In this document: piece by piece, positions 24,312 to 34,399 of the stretch | How positions within the stretch are numbered: position 1 is the first letter of the stretch | How the letters are laid out: the number at the start of each line of letters is the position of its first letter | The notes under the pieces: model-generated | Told to the model about the DNA's origin: nothing | Seen by the model: the letters and a program-made list of their open reading frames with translations, nothing else | Databases searched by the model: none | Position numbers and translations under genes: made by a program | Virus record (IMG/VR): IMGVR_UViG_3300010358_000003 | Span: 1-52,452 of that record | Reading direction: 5' to 3' (one strand) | DNA from: a virus | Taxonomy: Duplodnaviria > Caudoviricetes | Length of the DNA: 52,452 bases

Positions 24312-27205
24312 TCTCCACGCGCAAGTTTCTGGAAACCGTATGGCCTGCCACGGGCATATACTGTATCGCCACCCCGTGGGTGAGACCCGATGGCAAGGAG
24401 GTCATGGCGCATCGCGCGTTCGACTCGATCGACGACGCGATGCTGTATATCCTGGCAAACAAATCATCGAAGAATTTATATTTTGCGCCGCATACTCTAA
24501 AGGTGGCGCGTGAGATGAACCCGCAAACCGGGAGGTTTCAGACTTTCAGGACTCACGAGAACATGCAGGAAGCTTGCGAGTTCTTCTTCGACATCGACGC
24601 AGGAACCGGGGAGAAAAAATACTACGCCACCCAGACCGACATATTAAATGTACTAGAACAATTTTTGTTCAAGACGTGCCTGCCATCTCCGTTCATCGTC
24701 AGCTCTGGATACGGTATCCATGTGCATTGGATAATCGACACGCCGATTGAATCCGTGGCATGGCGCGAGCCCGCTCATAGGCTGTACAGCCTAGCTCAAC
24801 AACACTCGCTCCACGTCGATCCCTCCCGCACCACCGACCAAAGCTCCGTCCTGCGTGTCCCCGGCACGTTCAACCTCAAGGACTCCGCCAATCCGCGCAA
24901 GGTAGAAATACTGGCAGAGGGCTCCAGAGTCGTCAGTGCGGATTTCGTCAACCAGCTCAACGACTTAACCAGCAATAGATTTTGCAATTTAAACGTTCCC
25001 CGTAATTCCCCCCATAAACAAGGAACACCCTCATTTGGAGTCGCCTGGGACGGCCGCCGTCCGCCGCCAAATGAGGTGGCTGATGTGTGTGAGCACATGC
25101 GCATATTTAGGGACACCCAAGGGAACGTGTCCGAACCGGCGTGGCATATGAGTATTGGCACGATCAAGCACTGCGACGACGGCGAGAAAACAGCCCACGA
25201 ATGGTCGAGCGGCTACCCGCGCTACACCGTTGAGGAGACGCAAGCCAAGCTCGATGCCTGGGCGACGCCACCTCCATCCTGTGAGAAGATCAGCGAAAAG
25301 AGCGGCGACCCCGCCATATGCGCCCGGTGCCCCTGCAAGGACGTTGCCAAGAACCCGCTGCTGATTGCCAACGAGGTCTACCAGCAAACCCACCAGCCGG
25401 CGCCGGGGCCCGCGGCGACATCGGCAGACCCTGCGGTGCCATGCTTACCGCCCGAGCCCTACACCTTGGATATGACCCGCGGGATCATGATCAAGAAGAC
25501 TCTGATTTGCGATTGGCCGATGTTCCCGATAGCCTGGATCAGGGCGACCCCTAACGAGTCATGCTTATCACATTGGATGGTCAAGCCCCCACGTGGTGAT
25601 TGGGAGCGTATTGAAATCCTGAATGACGAGCTGGATCAGAACGCGCTCGCGCGAGCGCTCCGCAACAAGTGCGTGATCACTACCAACCTAAAACATACGA
25701 AGAGCGTCCACATGTTCCTGCTGGCGTATCTCAACGAATTGCGAAAGCACCAGAATGATCTCCGGCAATATGATTTTGTCGGGTGGGAAACTGACCCAGT
25801 AACACCTAATCAACCGGTCGAGCTTGGAGACCCTGACTACTTTATCCTGTACGGAAGAAAGATCAGGGTCACGGATGGTGCGATCATTCCCTGCGTAATG
25901 ACAAGGAACACACAAATCGATGGCATGACCCAGCGAGGCAGTCTCGCCCAGCAAATCGCGCTCATGGAGTTTTATAATAAGCCACAATATATGGCCCAAC
26001 AATTCGCCATCGCTTGCTCGCTTGCGACACCGTTTTTCAGATACACAGGTCAACATGGTGTGCTGGTAGTTCTGGTCGGAGATACCGGCGTATCGAAAAG
26101 CACCTGCGCGTTTTTCGCCGCCAGTCTATGGGGACATCCTGAACGCTACTGTACCAGCGGGCTGACCACGAACTCTACCGACAAGGCGCGCCAAGAACGG
26201 GAAACGATCATGCGTAACCTGCCATTCATTGTCGATGAGATCACGCTGTTCGACGAAAGTGTGGTGAATGAGATCGCTCTGGCAGCCAGCCAACTGGGAG
26301 GTCGCGAAGGCTTGACACCCAGCCGTAACTTTCGCCCGCAGCGCGGCGGGTATAAAGCTAACCTCACCATCTGCACCTCGAACAATTCACTAATACAAAA
26401 GATAAACTCCACCAATCCCGGCGGCCAGGCCAGCATCATGCGCATCTTTGAGATCAAGATAGCGGAAACTGATGCCCGCTCGAAGCAAGAAGCAGACACA
26501 ATCATGCGGCAACTTGTGAAGAACTATGGCTGGATCGGCGAAGATATGCTGCGCCGGTGTTTGCCGCATCGCTATGCACTCGGAGATAAATTCCTGAAAA
26601 TCATGCAGCAATTAGACACAGACATCAAGGCCTCAGGAAAAGAACGCTTCATGACAGCTGTCGCCGCCGCTGGTTTATTTGGAACCATATTGGGCAGGAA
26701 GCTTGGGTATTTCAACTACAGCTATAAAGACATGCGAGACTGGCTGCTCAACATACAGATTCCCGCGACGCGAGCCAGGGTCGAGCATGAACGCAAGCAT
26801 GCATCTCCAGAAACCATTCTCAACGAGTATCTGGAAGAGATCGCCCCGAATACGTGCCGCGTCAATAAGAATGTCAGAGGTGAAATCGAGGTAATCTATG
26901 CACCACCTGTCACCGAGTGCAAGGCCCGGTATGAGATTGCCAAGGGCGAGGTATTTGTACGCATCGGACCGTTCAAAGATTACTGCAATAAGCGACACCA
27001 CGATTATAACGACATACTCGATAAGCTTTATGTGAACGGGCCTGTAATAATCAAGTCGGACCGACGGCGCATGAGAGCAGAGCCCAACATGCTGGACAAC
27101 CCGGTCTCGTGTTTTGTCGTTTCGGTCAAAGCAGCATCGCCGATCGTGGTGCCGAATTTGTCAGACGACAGGAAGATTGTCCCAATCAAGTCCGCAAAGC
27201 CGTAG
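24308..27205 (+). CDS. Primase-helicase (AEP/RepB-like primase + DUF927-like helicase)
   Basis: FDID, SSGYGIHVHW, VLRVPGTFN; WS...Y (PriCT-like); Walker A GDTGVSKST and Walker B IVDE. Confidence 0.85.
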   Translation: MISTRKFLETVWPATGIYCIATPWVRPDGKEVMAHRAFDSIDDAMLYILANKSSKNLYFAPHTLKVAREMNPQTGRFQTFRTHENMQEACEFFFDIDAGTGEKKYYATQTDILNVLEQFLFKTCLPSPFIVSSGYGIHVHWIIDTPIESVAWREPAHRLYSLAQQHSLHVDPSRTTDQSSVLRVPGTFNLKDSANPRKVEILAEGSRVVSADFVNQLNDLTSNRFCNLNVPRNSPHKQGTPSFGVAWDGRRPPPNEVADVCEHMRIFRDTQGNVSEPAWHMSIGTIKHCDDGEKTAHEWSSGYPRYTVEETQAKLDAWATPPPSCEKISEKSGDPAICARCPCKDVAKNPLLIANEVYQQTHQPAPGPAATSADPAVPCLPPEPYTLDMTRGIMIKKTLICDWPMFPIAWIRATPNESCLSHWMVKPPRGDWERIEILNDELDQNALARALRNKCVITTNLKHTKSVHMFLLAYLNELRKHQNDLRQYDFVGWETDPVTPNQPVELGDPDYFILYGRKIRVTDGAIIPCVMTRNTQIDGMTQRGSLAQQIALMEFYNKPQYMAQQFAIACSLATPFFRYTGQHGVLVVLVGDTGVSKSTCAFFAASLWGHPERYCTSGLTTNSTDKARQERETIMRNLPFIVDEITLFDESVVNEIALAASQLGGREGLTPSRNFRPQRGGYKANLTICTSNNSLIQKINSTNPGGQASIMRIFEIKIAETDARSKQEADTIMRQLVKNYGWIGEDMLRRCLPHRYALGDKFLKIMQQLDTDIKASGKERFMTAVAAAGLFGTILGRKLGYFNYSYKDMRDWLLNIQIPATRARVEHERKHASPETILNEYLEEIAPNTCRVNKNVRGEIEVIYAPPVTECKARYEIAKGEVFVRIGPFKDYCNKRHHDYNDILDKLYVNGPVIIKSDRRRMRAEPNMLDNPVSCFVVSVKAASPIVVPNLSDDRKIVPIKSAKP

Positions 27206-27225
27206 GTGTCACATTATGTGACACC
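27205..27225. promoter_or_regulatory. Palindromic operator-like site, copy 7, at the junction of the convergent arms
   Basis: GGTGTCACATTATGTGACACC overlaps the stop codons of both convergent genes. Confidence 0.75.
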
Positions 27226-28785
27226 ACGCTGCATCCCCATCTGTCTCACTCCTTGGGCATTCAAAGCCGCGATCTTGCCGCGACCTAGTATGTCGGCAGC
27301 CGCCCGGTTCAATACCGCCTCATGGGGAGCTAACATGGCGGGGACTTTATCGACACGCCCTGAGCCCTGCCCCGGCACCGCAGTCGCGCCAAACAGGTAA
27401 CCGGCGCCGAACGGGTAACCAGGATTTGGCTGCACACTTGGTGTGCCCCTCCTGAGCCCTGCAGCACCGGCAGGCGCACGCGTCCGTCCTATATCGTTAT
27501 ACCCAGCTTGTTCTGCGGTGCTCCCTGGCGCAGCAGGAAAACGGCCAAGCGTATTAGCCCAGAGGTCTTGAAGCTGATAATTAAAGTTAGATCGTAAATT
27601 TTGCCCGATCTGTGCGAGCGCACCAGGTGGTTGGTATGTCTGACCGCGCCTGTCCTCGATATTGGATGATTGAGTAGACATCAGTGGCAATTGACTAGGG
27701 ATATCCGGCTCGCCAGCGGCGAACCCTTTCGGCATTATAGCCGTGTTGGCGGCCGAGAAAGCGTCGTTGGCTGCCTGGCTCTGGAGAATACGTTGCACCG
27801 TTGATGACCCAGGCACCTGGTTCAATACGCCTTGTACCGTCGGGTTGGCAGAGAGACCCTTGTGGTAGAAATCGGCCAGTGCGCCGATCGCGCTGCGAAC
27901 CACGTTCGACGTGCCCTCGGCGAAGCCCGGGGGAGCTGCGCTACCAGGCGCCATAGCCGGCGGCATCGCGTCAGCCGCCTGCGGGCCGGCCGCTCCGCCG
28001 CCCTGCGACGCCGCCATGAGCGCCGGTAGGATTTGCTCAAGCCCAGCGGGTGGGGCTCCTGCGCCAGCGCCAGCGCCCCCACCGCCTCCCTTGGCTGCCT
28101 TGCCTCCCCCTCCCTTGGCAGCCTTGCCACCTCCCCCACCCTTGCCACCTTTGCTCTGAACGTTGGAGGTACCTTTCCGGAAACCAGGTGTTAAATTAGT
28201 ATACCAGGGTGCCATCATATTACCACTAAGAAGATCACTCCGCGGTCGCTGGACAAGCGGCCGGTTTGTGTCCAGAAGCGGGTCAACAGCGCTGGACCGT
28301 ACGTTTGGCGTTGCCGGCGGCACCGATGGCATCTGCAACCATGGAGCTTGTGGTGAGGTTCTAGGGGATGACGATAGAAGAGCAGAAGCGGGAGCACCAG
28401 CCCCAAGTATTTGCGGCGGTCTAACTCCAAGTTGACGCAGTACATCAAGTACTTGACTAGCCCCTGGAGCACCGAACTGTCGACCATATCTTTCAGTCTC
28501 TGCTTGCTCACCAATCAGTCCGGTCTGAGCACCTTGCAGTGCGCGCGTAGATGCAGCACTTGGCGCAACCTGCTTGCCCTCCGCGGCCGTCTTGGAAGCT
28601 TCAGAAATATCTTTCTGATACATACCTTCAGTTTGTTTACTGATGTTAAAATATTTCTGACCAAGCCAATACTGCATATCCGCAGGACCACCACGGGTTG
28701 GCGGTGCCGCAGCGGTAAGATCAGCCGCTGATGGACCTTTATAAGTAGCTGCTTGAAACCCAGGTAGATCAGTCCATGCAGGCAT
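27214..28785 (-). CDS. Low-complexity virion/ejection-associated protein
   Basis: 523 aa, G/A/P-rich; repeated G(F/L)xxGTxxV; C-terminal DKVPAMLAPHEAVLN. Confidence 0.65.
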   Translation of the reverse strand: MPAWTDLPGFQAATYKGPSAADLTAAAPPTRGGPADMQYWLGQKYFNISKQTEGMYQKDISEASKTAAEGKQVAPSAASTRALQGAQTGLIGEQAETERYGRQFGAPGASQVLDVLRQLGVRPPQILGAGAPASALLSSSPRTSPQAPWLQMPSVPPATPNVRSSAVDPLLDTNRPLVQRPRSDLLSGNMMAPWYTNLTPGFRKGTSNVQSKGGKGGGGGKAAKGGGGKAAKGGGGGAGAGAGAPPAGLEQILPALMAASQGGGAAGPQAADAMPPAMAPGSAAPPGFAEGTSNVVRSAIGALADFYHKGLSANPTVQGVLNQVPGSSTVQRILQSQAANDAFSAANTAIMPKGFAAGEPDIPSQLPLMSTQSSNIEDRRGQTYQPPGALAQIGQNLRSNFNYQLQDLWANTLGRFPAAPGSTAEQAGYNDIGRTRAPAGAAGLRRGTPSVQPNPGYPFGAGYLFGATAVPGQGSGRVDKVPAMLAPHEAVLNRAAADILGRGKIAALNAQGVRQMGMQRGVT

Positions 28786-28797
28786 GACACGTCGCTC

Positions 28798-30744
28798 CTA
28801 TACACTTTCATTGTAGTTTGAGTTGGTATTGGTGGCCGTCGAGCTGACAGTCTCCGTGATCGTACTGGTGTTGTTGGCGGTGCTGTTGCTTTCGCTATAA
28901 TTATTGTTCGTGTTATTGCTGGTACTGAAACTCTCGCTCGTATTAAAGTTGGTACTATCGGTCGTTGCCATGTTGGACGACCACTGCGAACTGTTATGCC
29001 AGCTGATCGCGCCGAGCGCCGCCGCCCCTAGTTGGGCGCAAACCTGGGCCCCCACTTTCGAAGCATCAAGTGATAGCCCCCGTGCTGAGATATAAAGATC
29101 GCCGTTGGCCTTGGCGGCCGACACTGCGATCTGAGTAATTTGAGCCTGCTCGTTCAGTACCGCCTCCCACTGCGAGGTCAGCACCTGATTGTAGCTCTGG
29201 ATGGCCTGCACCTGAGCCTTGAACACCTCAGCCGTGGCCGTGTTGAACATCGATGCAGCCTGGGCTTGACCGACCATGCTCCGGATAGCAGCGTCGTAAC
29301 CAGTGAGCTGCGCTTGATAGGCTTCCACCTGACTGTGAAACACGGCGACCCGGGCATTAATCTGCGCCACGTTGGCATTGACCTCGGCGGTGTACGCATC
29401 GACCGACGTCTTGAACGCCTGCTCGATCGTCGCCTGGGCTTCTACACTTGCCTTGTAACCCTCGACCTCAGCCGTATAAGCCTGAATTTGACCGACGAAT
29501 GCCTTGATTTCTTCACCATAAATCTCGACCTTAATTTTCTCGACGTTGGCCTGAGTCTGAATGATCTCGACCTGAGTCTTGTAAATTTGAAGAACCGCCT
29601 CGGCAGCCTGTACCTCGACCTCATACTGATGGACTAGCGCCGTGTTGATCTCGGCCTTGGTTTTCTCGTACTCGATCTGCGCCTGAGTGACTTGAACTTG
29701 TGCCAACAGCCCCTTGATCTGGGTGTCGTAGATCATCGCCTGGGTCTTGTACCCTTCTAGCGAAGCGGTGTACGCCTGCACCTGCGCATTGTAGAGAGCT
29801 ATGCCAGCCTCAGTCGCGTACTTAGCGGCCTCGAACGTAAGCTGCGCCGTCTCGTAGGCATACTGGATCAGACGATGTTCTAGTTGAACTGCGTTCTCCC
29901 TGGCCTTGTTGATATTCTCGAGCTGTAACTCAGCCTGCTTGGTCATGATGTCCCGCGACAGGCCAGCGATCGTATAATCTGTCTCAGTCTGTATCTTGAT
30001 CCTGGCGTCTATGTAGACGCCGGGCGGAAAGGCGTAACCCAGGACCTCCATACGATTTAACTCAGCCAGCGCCGCGGCCTGCTGACGATACTCACGCTCG
30101 CGGCCGGCGTCCCATAATGCCTGCTGGACTTGTTTGTTGAGGGTCGTGTACTCACCCGTAGTGATCGCGAGGTCCAGCTCATTCTGAAGGTCAGTCAGAA
30201 GCTGCGACGTGTAGAGTGCACCCGGCGTATAGTTGAACGGTTGCGGTGCCTGAGCCTGGAACGTCGGCACGGTCGCATTGAATGCTGGAATGACGATCTG
30301 TGGAAAATTCACCGTGTCGAGCGTCATCAGCACTGGTGGGTCCGGCAGCGTAACCGCGACGGTTGGGTAGGTAAAAGCCAGGTTGGTGACCGGCGCCGCG
30401 GGCGGGCTACCTGCGAATGGCTGGGGGGCGCTGCCGAAATTCAGAGTCGGCGCAACGCCCGTGAAAGGCCCGATGATCAAGCCGGACACATCCACCACCC
30501 CGCTAAAAGGTGGCGGCTGTCCTGGGACATTCCAAGTCACCTGCTGCAAAGCCGGCGTCGTTGCCTGTCCAGGTATCGGTGGTGTGGCGACAGTAGGAAA
30601 ATTCACGTTGATCGTAGGCGCCGCAAGCTGGCCAGCCTGTGCCTCCAGCTGGGCGATGTAACGCTCGGCGAGGTTCACCAGGTTCTGGGACTCTTGAAAC
30701 ATGACATACGGGTCGCCCCAGACTATCGGCGGTTGGTACGGCAT
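28798..30744 (-). CDS. Virion protein with a long coiled coil
   Basis: 648 aa; Pro-rich N-terminus, A/Q/E heptads, S/T/N-rich tail; lies in the structural arm. Confidence 0.75.
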   Translation of the reverse strand: MPYQPPIVWGDPYVMFQESQNLVNLAERYIAQLEAQAGQLAAPTINVNFPTVATPPIPGQATTPALQQVTWNVPGQPPPFSGVVDVSGLIIGPFTGVAPTLNFGSAPQPFAGSPPAAPVTNLAFTYPTVAVTLPDPPVLMTLDTVNFPQIVIPAFNATVPTFQAQAPQPFNYTPGALYTSQLLTDLQNELDLAITTGEYTTLNKQVQQALWDAGREREYRQQAAALAELNRMEVLGYAFPPGVYIDARIKIQTETDYTIAGLSRDIMTKQAELQLENINKARENAVQLEHRLIQYAYETAQLTFEAAKYATEAGIALYNAQVQAYTASLEGYKTQAMIYDTQIKGLLAQVQVTQAQIEYEKTKAEINTALVHQYEVEVQAAEAVLQIYKTQVEIIQTQANVEKIKVEIYGEEIKAFVGQIQAYTAEVEGYKASVEAQATIEQAFKTSVDAYTAEVNANVAQINARVAVFHSQVEAYQAQLTGYDAAIRSMVGQAQAASMFNTATAEVFKAQVQAIQSYNQVLTSQWEAVLNEQAQITQIAVSAAKANGDLYISARGLSLDASKVGAQVCAQLGAAALGAISWHNSSQWSSNMATTDSTNFNTSESFSTSNNTNNNYSESNSTANNTSTITETVSSTATNTNSNYNESV

Positions 30745-30747
30745 GAC

Positions 30748-32154
30748 TTAGTCTCCAACGGGAATGCTCGGGTCAGGAAAGTATGCCTTGATTTTCCCAG
30801 TCCTGACAACCTTGCCCTTAAGGGACCCCAGATTTCGTCCCATCATCCAGTTCAGGCTCGCTTTTGTGAAGTCAATGGCCGGTGTACCAAGAAGCTTGTT
30901 CCCGCTGCCGACGGCACTGGGGTCGAGCGCTGATGGTGGAGGAACAAAGGCAGGCAAATCAGCGCCGTCTTCCCAGGTCGTGGGATCACCGACAGCTGTC
31001 TTGGCAATAGGTATATAGATCGGTGATGGATTGACTGGCTTTAGCACGCCTTTTTTATCAGGCACAATGAACAAACGACGGTTTGTTTCGACGCTAGTAT
31101 CGAGAGTAACACCAGTGAATACTTGAAGCTCCGCCATTTCTACGTGATACGGAAATTCTATCGTACCTCCGCCATAATAGTAGATGTTTCCAGATGGTAT
31201 ACAGATCGGTGCGCTTTCCATTTTAGGTGACGTAAGATTATAAGTTGCATTAATAGAAGCTTGTCTATCAGCAACATTCATGGCATTTGGCGTTATGATC
31301 GCATTCGGCGGACCACCGTCCGGCCAATCGGCCGGAAGGTCGTTACCGGTATAATTTTTGTCGTCGAAAGCAACCCACATAGAGCTGGCGCTATCGATAC
31401 CATCCCATGTCGTGGCAGTACCATCAGGCGTAGCCGCACTATGCGCACTGACAGAGCCACTGATATCCCACGAAATCAAAAGATGATGCCATGTGTCGGG
31501 AGTCACAGTAACAGTGCTGCTTTTACCGCCATAATATTCAGGTTGATTTCTGGTCAGCGACCAGGAAACATCTTCTATGACCGAGTCTTTAACACCCGGC
31601 ATGTTCCCGGCTAACGCAACTTCAGTCGGCATTGGCGCCCCAGGAGGAACGAGTATACTATAAGCGTATTGATCATAAGGTAACGGACAGACATATGATG
31701 TAGCTTGAAAATCGTAATTAAATATAGATGCTATATTGGTAGTCTGTAGATTAACGTTGAGAAAAAGCGATGAGTCGTCCTCAGATACCCACAATCCAAT
31801 ATAAGTATTATTGAATGGGGATATTCCTTTTGATACAGGCCCATGAGTAACTACAGGTAATAACCCAAGATCATGATGACCGACCGTATTATCTGGAAAA
31901 ACAGTTACTGCCTGACAATGAATAGAGCCGATAGTAACTAATTCCTGGTCTATAAATGCTCGTGTTGATTGAGGTCCAAACATCAGCAATGGAATTAACG
32001 CCTGAAATGGACGCGGATACGCTCCATCTACATATTTCTCATCCTGAGCGATAGCTGCAGTTACAGCGTCACTTGGTACACGAAACCACATCGAAACAAC
32101 TGCCTTGGTAAGATCGAGATCATTAGGATCAGGTAATGTCAAGAAACTCATCAC
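30748..32154 (-). CDS. Putative receptor-binding/tail protein with a LamG/concanavalin-like domain
   Basis: SMWFR...TWHHLLISWD...MAELQVF motifs. Confidence 0.6.
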   Translation of the reverse strand: MMSFLTLPDPNDLDLTKAVVSMWFRVPSDAVTAAIAQDEKYVDGAYPRPFQALIPLLMFGPQSTRAFIDQELVTIGSIHCQAVTVFPDNTVGHHDLGLLPVVTHGPVSKGISPFNNTYIGLWVSEDDSSLFLNVNLQTTNIASIFNYDFQATSYVCPLPYDQYAYSILVPPGAPMPTEVALAGNMPGVKDSVIEDVSWSLTRNQPEYYGGKSSTVTVTPDTWHHLLISWDISGSVSAHSAATPDGTATTWDGIDSASSMWVAFDDKNYTGNDLPADWPDGGPPNAIITPNAMNVADRQASINATYNLTSPKMESAPICIPSGNIYYYGGGTIEFPYHVEMAELQVFTGVTLDTSVETNRRLFIVPDKKGVLKPVNPSPIYIPIAKTAVGDPTTWEDGADLPAFVPPPSALDPSAVGSGNKLLGTPAIDFTKASLNWMMGRNLGSLKGKVVRTGKIKAYFPDPSIPVGD

Positions 32155-32588
32155 GTGACCCCCGGGAGAAATTCGATCGCCAAGCTAAATGGTATTTCTA
32201 CAATCAGGAAATCGGGCTTCTCAGGCATCTTCTCCTCTTCATATTTCTCTGCCAGTTTTTCTTGCACGGGCACCCGTGCTTCAGCCTCCGGGCTGATATG
32301 ATAGTGCATCCGCTCCAGCCCCTGCACATGACTGTAGTGGACATCTATGCCCGGCAAGGGGAGCCTGGCATTATGAACATCTACCCCGCTGATCTCAATC
32401 TGCTGCCGTTGCCTCGCAACGAACTTGTTGATGGTGGCCTGCTGCTCCCTGACCATCTGTTCAGCTAGTACGATAGGGTCTTGCCCAGAACTAGGATGCA
32501 CGCCAGCAGTATCAACATTCCGGCTGAGCATCAGCGGAACTTGACCTGCTCCTGCAAACTGGCTCCATGCTGGTGGTTTCTGCGCCAT
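32151..32588 (-). CDS. Hypothetical virion-module protein
   Basis: 145 aa; stop overlaps the next start. Confidence 0.65.
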   Translation of the reverse strand: MAQKPPAWSQFAGAGQVPLMLSRNVDTAGVHPSSGQDPIVLAEQMVREQQATINKFVARQRQQIEISGVDVHNARLPLPGIDVHYSHVQGLERMHYHISPEAEARVPVQEKLAEKYEEEKMPEKPDFLIVEIPFSLAIEFLPGVT

Positions 32589-32589
32589 A

Positions 32590-32610
32590 GATGTAACATT
32601 ATGTTACATG
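32590..32610. promoter_or_regulatory. Symmetric variant of the operator-like palindrome
   Basis: GATGTAACATTATGTTACATG fills nearly the whole intergenic gap. Confidence 0.5.
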
Positions 32611-32778
32611 TCAATGCGTGCCGAACAAACGTCCAACACCACCGAAAATTTCAGCTGCCAACCAAAACGCAATAGCTAACCAGCCAAGATGCCAGCGTCC
32701 GACTTGAGGCCCTATCGCAACAGCCAGCACAGCACACACGAAGGCAAATACCAAAAGCACGAGCCCAAGATTAGCCAT
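32611..32778 (-). CDS. 55-aa two-TM membrane protein (holin candidate), not in the ORF track
   Basis: MANLGLVLLVFAFVCAVLAVAIGPQVGRWHLGWLAIAFWLAAEIFGGVGRLFGTH; GGAG SD; TGATG overlap with the upstream gene. Confidence 0.7.
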   Translation of the reverse strand: MANLGLVLLVFAFVCAVLAVAIGPQVGRWHLGWLAIAFWLAAEIFGGVGRLFGTH

Positions 32779-34388
32779 CATACTCTCCTACCCCTGGTCA
32801 TGGGTATGAATTCTAGACTGTCAAGATCGAAATCCTGACCCTCGGTCACAAGGTCGAAAGCTATGTAGGTCGTACTTATACCTTTGCCAATTCTAACTTT
32901 AGTCGTCATCAAATTAGGCTGTGCCTTCAACTCGTAGACATACTCACGTCCATCGCCGGAGAGCAGCTTAAGGTAGAACCTCCCGCCACCGCGGATCGCA
33001 ACGTAAGCACCCTTGATGCCGAACAATTTCTTGTCATTGAGCTGTAGATAGCCACTCATCAATTCAGAGATGATCGCTGTGCCATCGTCGGTATCACCGT
33101 CCAGCTCGTAGAGCCCACCGTCGCCGGCTGCGATGTACCGATCACCCATCCTCGTGAATGACCGGAAATCGTAGTTCATATACTCGGTGACCGCATTAGT
33201 CCTGGTGTTCACCGCCCAGGTGGTGGTCGTCCCTGAGGGGCTGACATAGAGCGCAGTGATCACCACACCGTCGAGCAACGGATCGCCTTTGTAGATCGCA
33301 TGCACCAGCTGGCTGGAACTCAGCTGCAGGTTCCCGGTGATCTGCAGAACCAGCTTGTTGTTGAGCGCCGGATGGATAGTAAGCAACTGCGCCATGGAAC
33401 TATTGGCGACATACTGACGATCTATTGCGGGGTGCATGGTAAACAATTGAGTCAGCACCATGCTGGCAAAATGATAATGTCCAATGATATCCGCGACGAT
33501 AGTCCTGCTCGCGAGAGTCAAATGATAGTTGAATATCGGCGACGACGAACTTGCCATCAATAAATTTTGCAGCAACTTCAGGCCAACTGCCATGACGCTC
33601 GATGAGAGTAGATTGATATTCTGACTCAAAACAATCGGAATAGTATGGCTGAAACCATCAAGATCACTAAGCTTAAATAGTTGCGCCAAGATTTTCTTGT
33701 ATATCCCATTAACACTTACGGTACCTGAAACCTTGACGATGTCAGTCAACATCCGGCCCCAGATAAATGCTTGACTTGTAACTTGAGATATACCTATACC
33801 CTGCACCATATTAAGGACTGCATGCCAAGAAGGTACCAACGTCGGTCGCACCTTGATTGTACTGGTAATAACATAACGATATTGTGTATGTGCGATTAAA
33901 TCGGCAGATAGCGCAATAGTCGCACGCAAGCTCAGCATGAATTGCAACATGCGACTATCAGCCAGGCGGATGTTCTCAAACAAACTCAGCTTGGAAATCA
34001 CCGGGACGTACGCAACCATCGAGGCGGCGCCGTCCATCTGACCAACAGCAGCACCCAACGGCCACGCCGCAACCATCGAGGCGACGCCGTCCATCCGAGC
34101 AGTACCGGCTATTTTAGCGATGCCAACGGCCGCCATCGAGGCTACGCCGTCCATCTCGGCCGCGCTTATAGTCACGGCGAGAGTGGAGCCCTGCATCTGG
34201 GCCTGACCATTCATCGTGGCCGTGATCGGATACCCAAGAGAGCCGGTGGCGGCCATCGAAGCCGCACCATTCATCTGCGCCGTGATCGGCGAAACCGCTG
34301 GCGCATCTAAGAAAATGCCGGGAAGCGCACTTGGACCGTTCCTTGTCTCGGTTACGAAGACGAGAACTGTCCCGACAAGTGCGCTCAC
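32778..34388 (-). CDS. Tail/virion structural protein
   Basis: 536 aa; N-terminal MxGxASM repeats; C-terminal AVNTRTNAVTEY...GLYELDG domain. Confidence 0.7.
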   Translation of the reverse strand: MSALVGTVLVFVTETRNGPSALPGIFLDAPAVSPITAQMNGAASMAATGSLGYPITATMNGQAQMQGSTLAVTISAAEMDGVASMAAVGIAKIAGTARMDGVASMVAAWPLGAAVGQMDGAASMVAYVPVISKLSLFENIRLADSRMLQFMLSLRATIALSADLIAHTQYRYVITSTIKVRPTLVPSWHAVLNMVQGIGISQVTSQAFIWGRMLTDIVKVSGTVSVNGIYKKILAQLFKLSDLDGFSHTIPIVLSQNINLLSSSVMAVGLKLLQNLLMASSSSPIFNYHLTLASRTIVADIIGHYHFASMVLTQLFTMHPAIDRQYVANSSMAQLLTIHPALNNKLVLQITGNLQLSSSQLVHAIYKGDPLLDGVVITALYVSPSGTTTTWAVNTRTNAVTEYMNYDFRSFTRMGDRYIAAGDGGLYELDGDTDDGTAIISELMSGYLQLNDKKLFGIKGAYVAIRGGGRFYLKLLSGDGREYVYELKAQPNLMTTKVRIGKGISTTYIAFDLVTEGQDFDLDSLEFIPMTRGRRV

Positions 34389-34399
34389 TGAGGTCCCCC

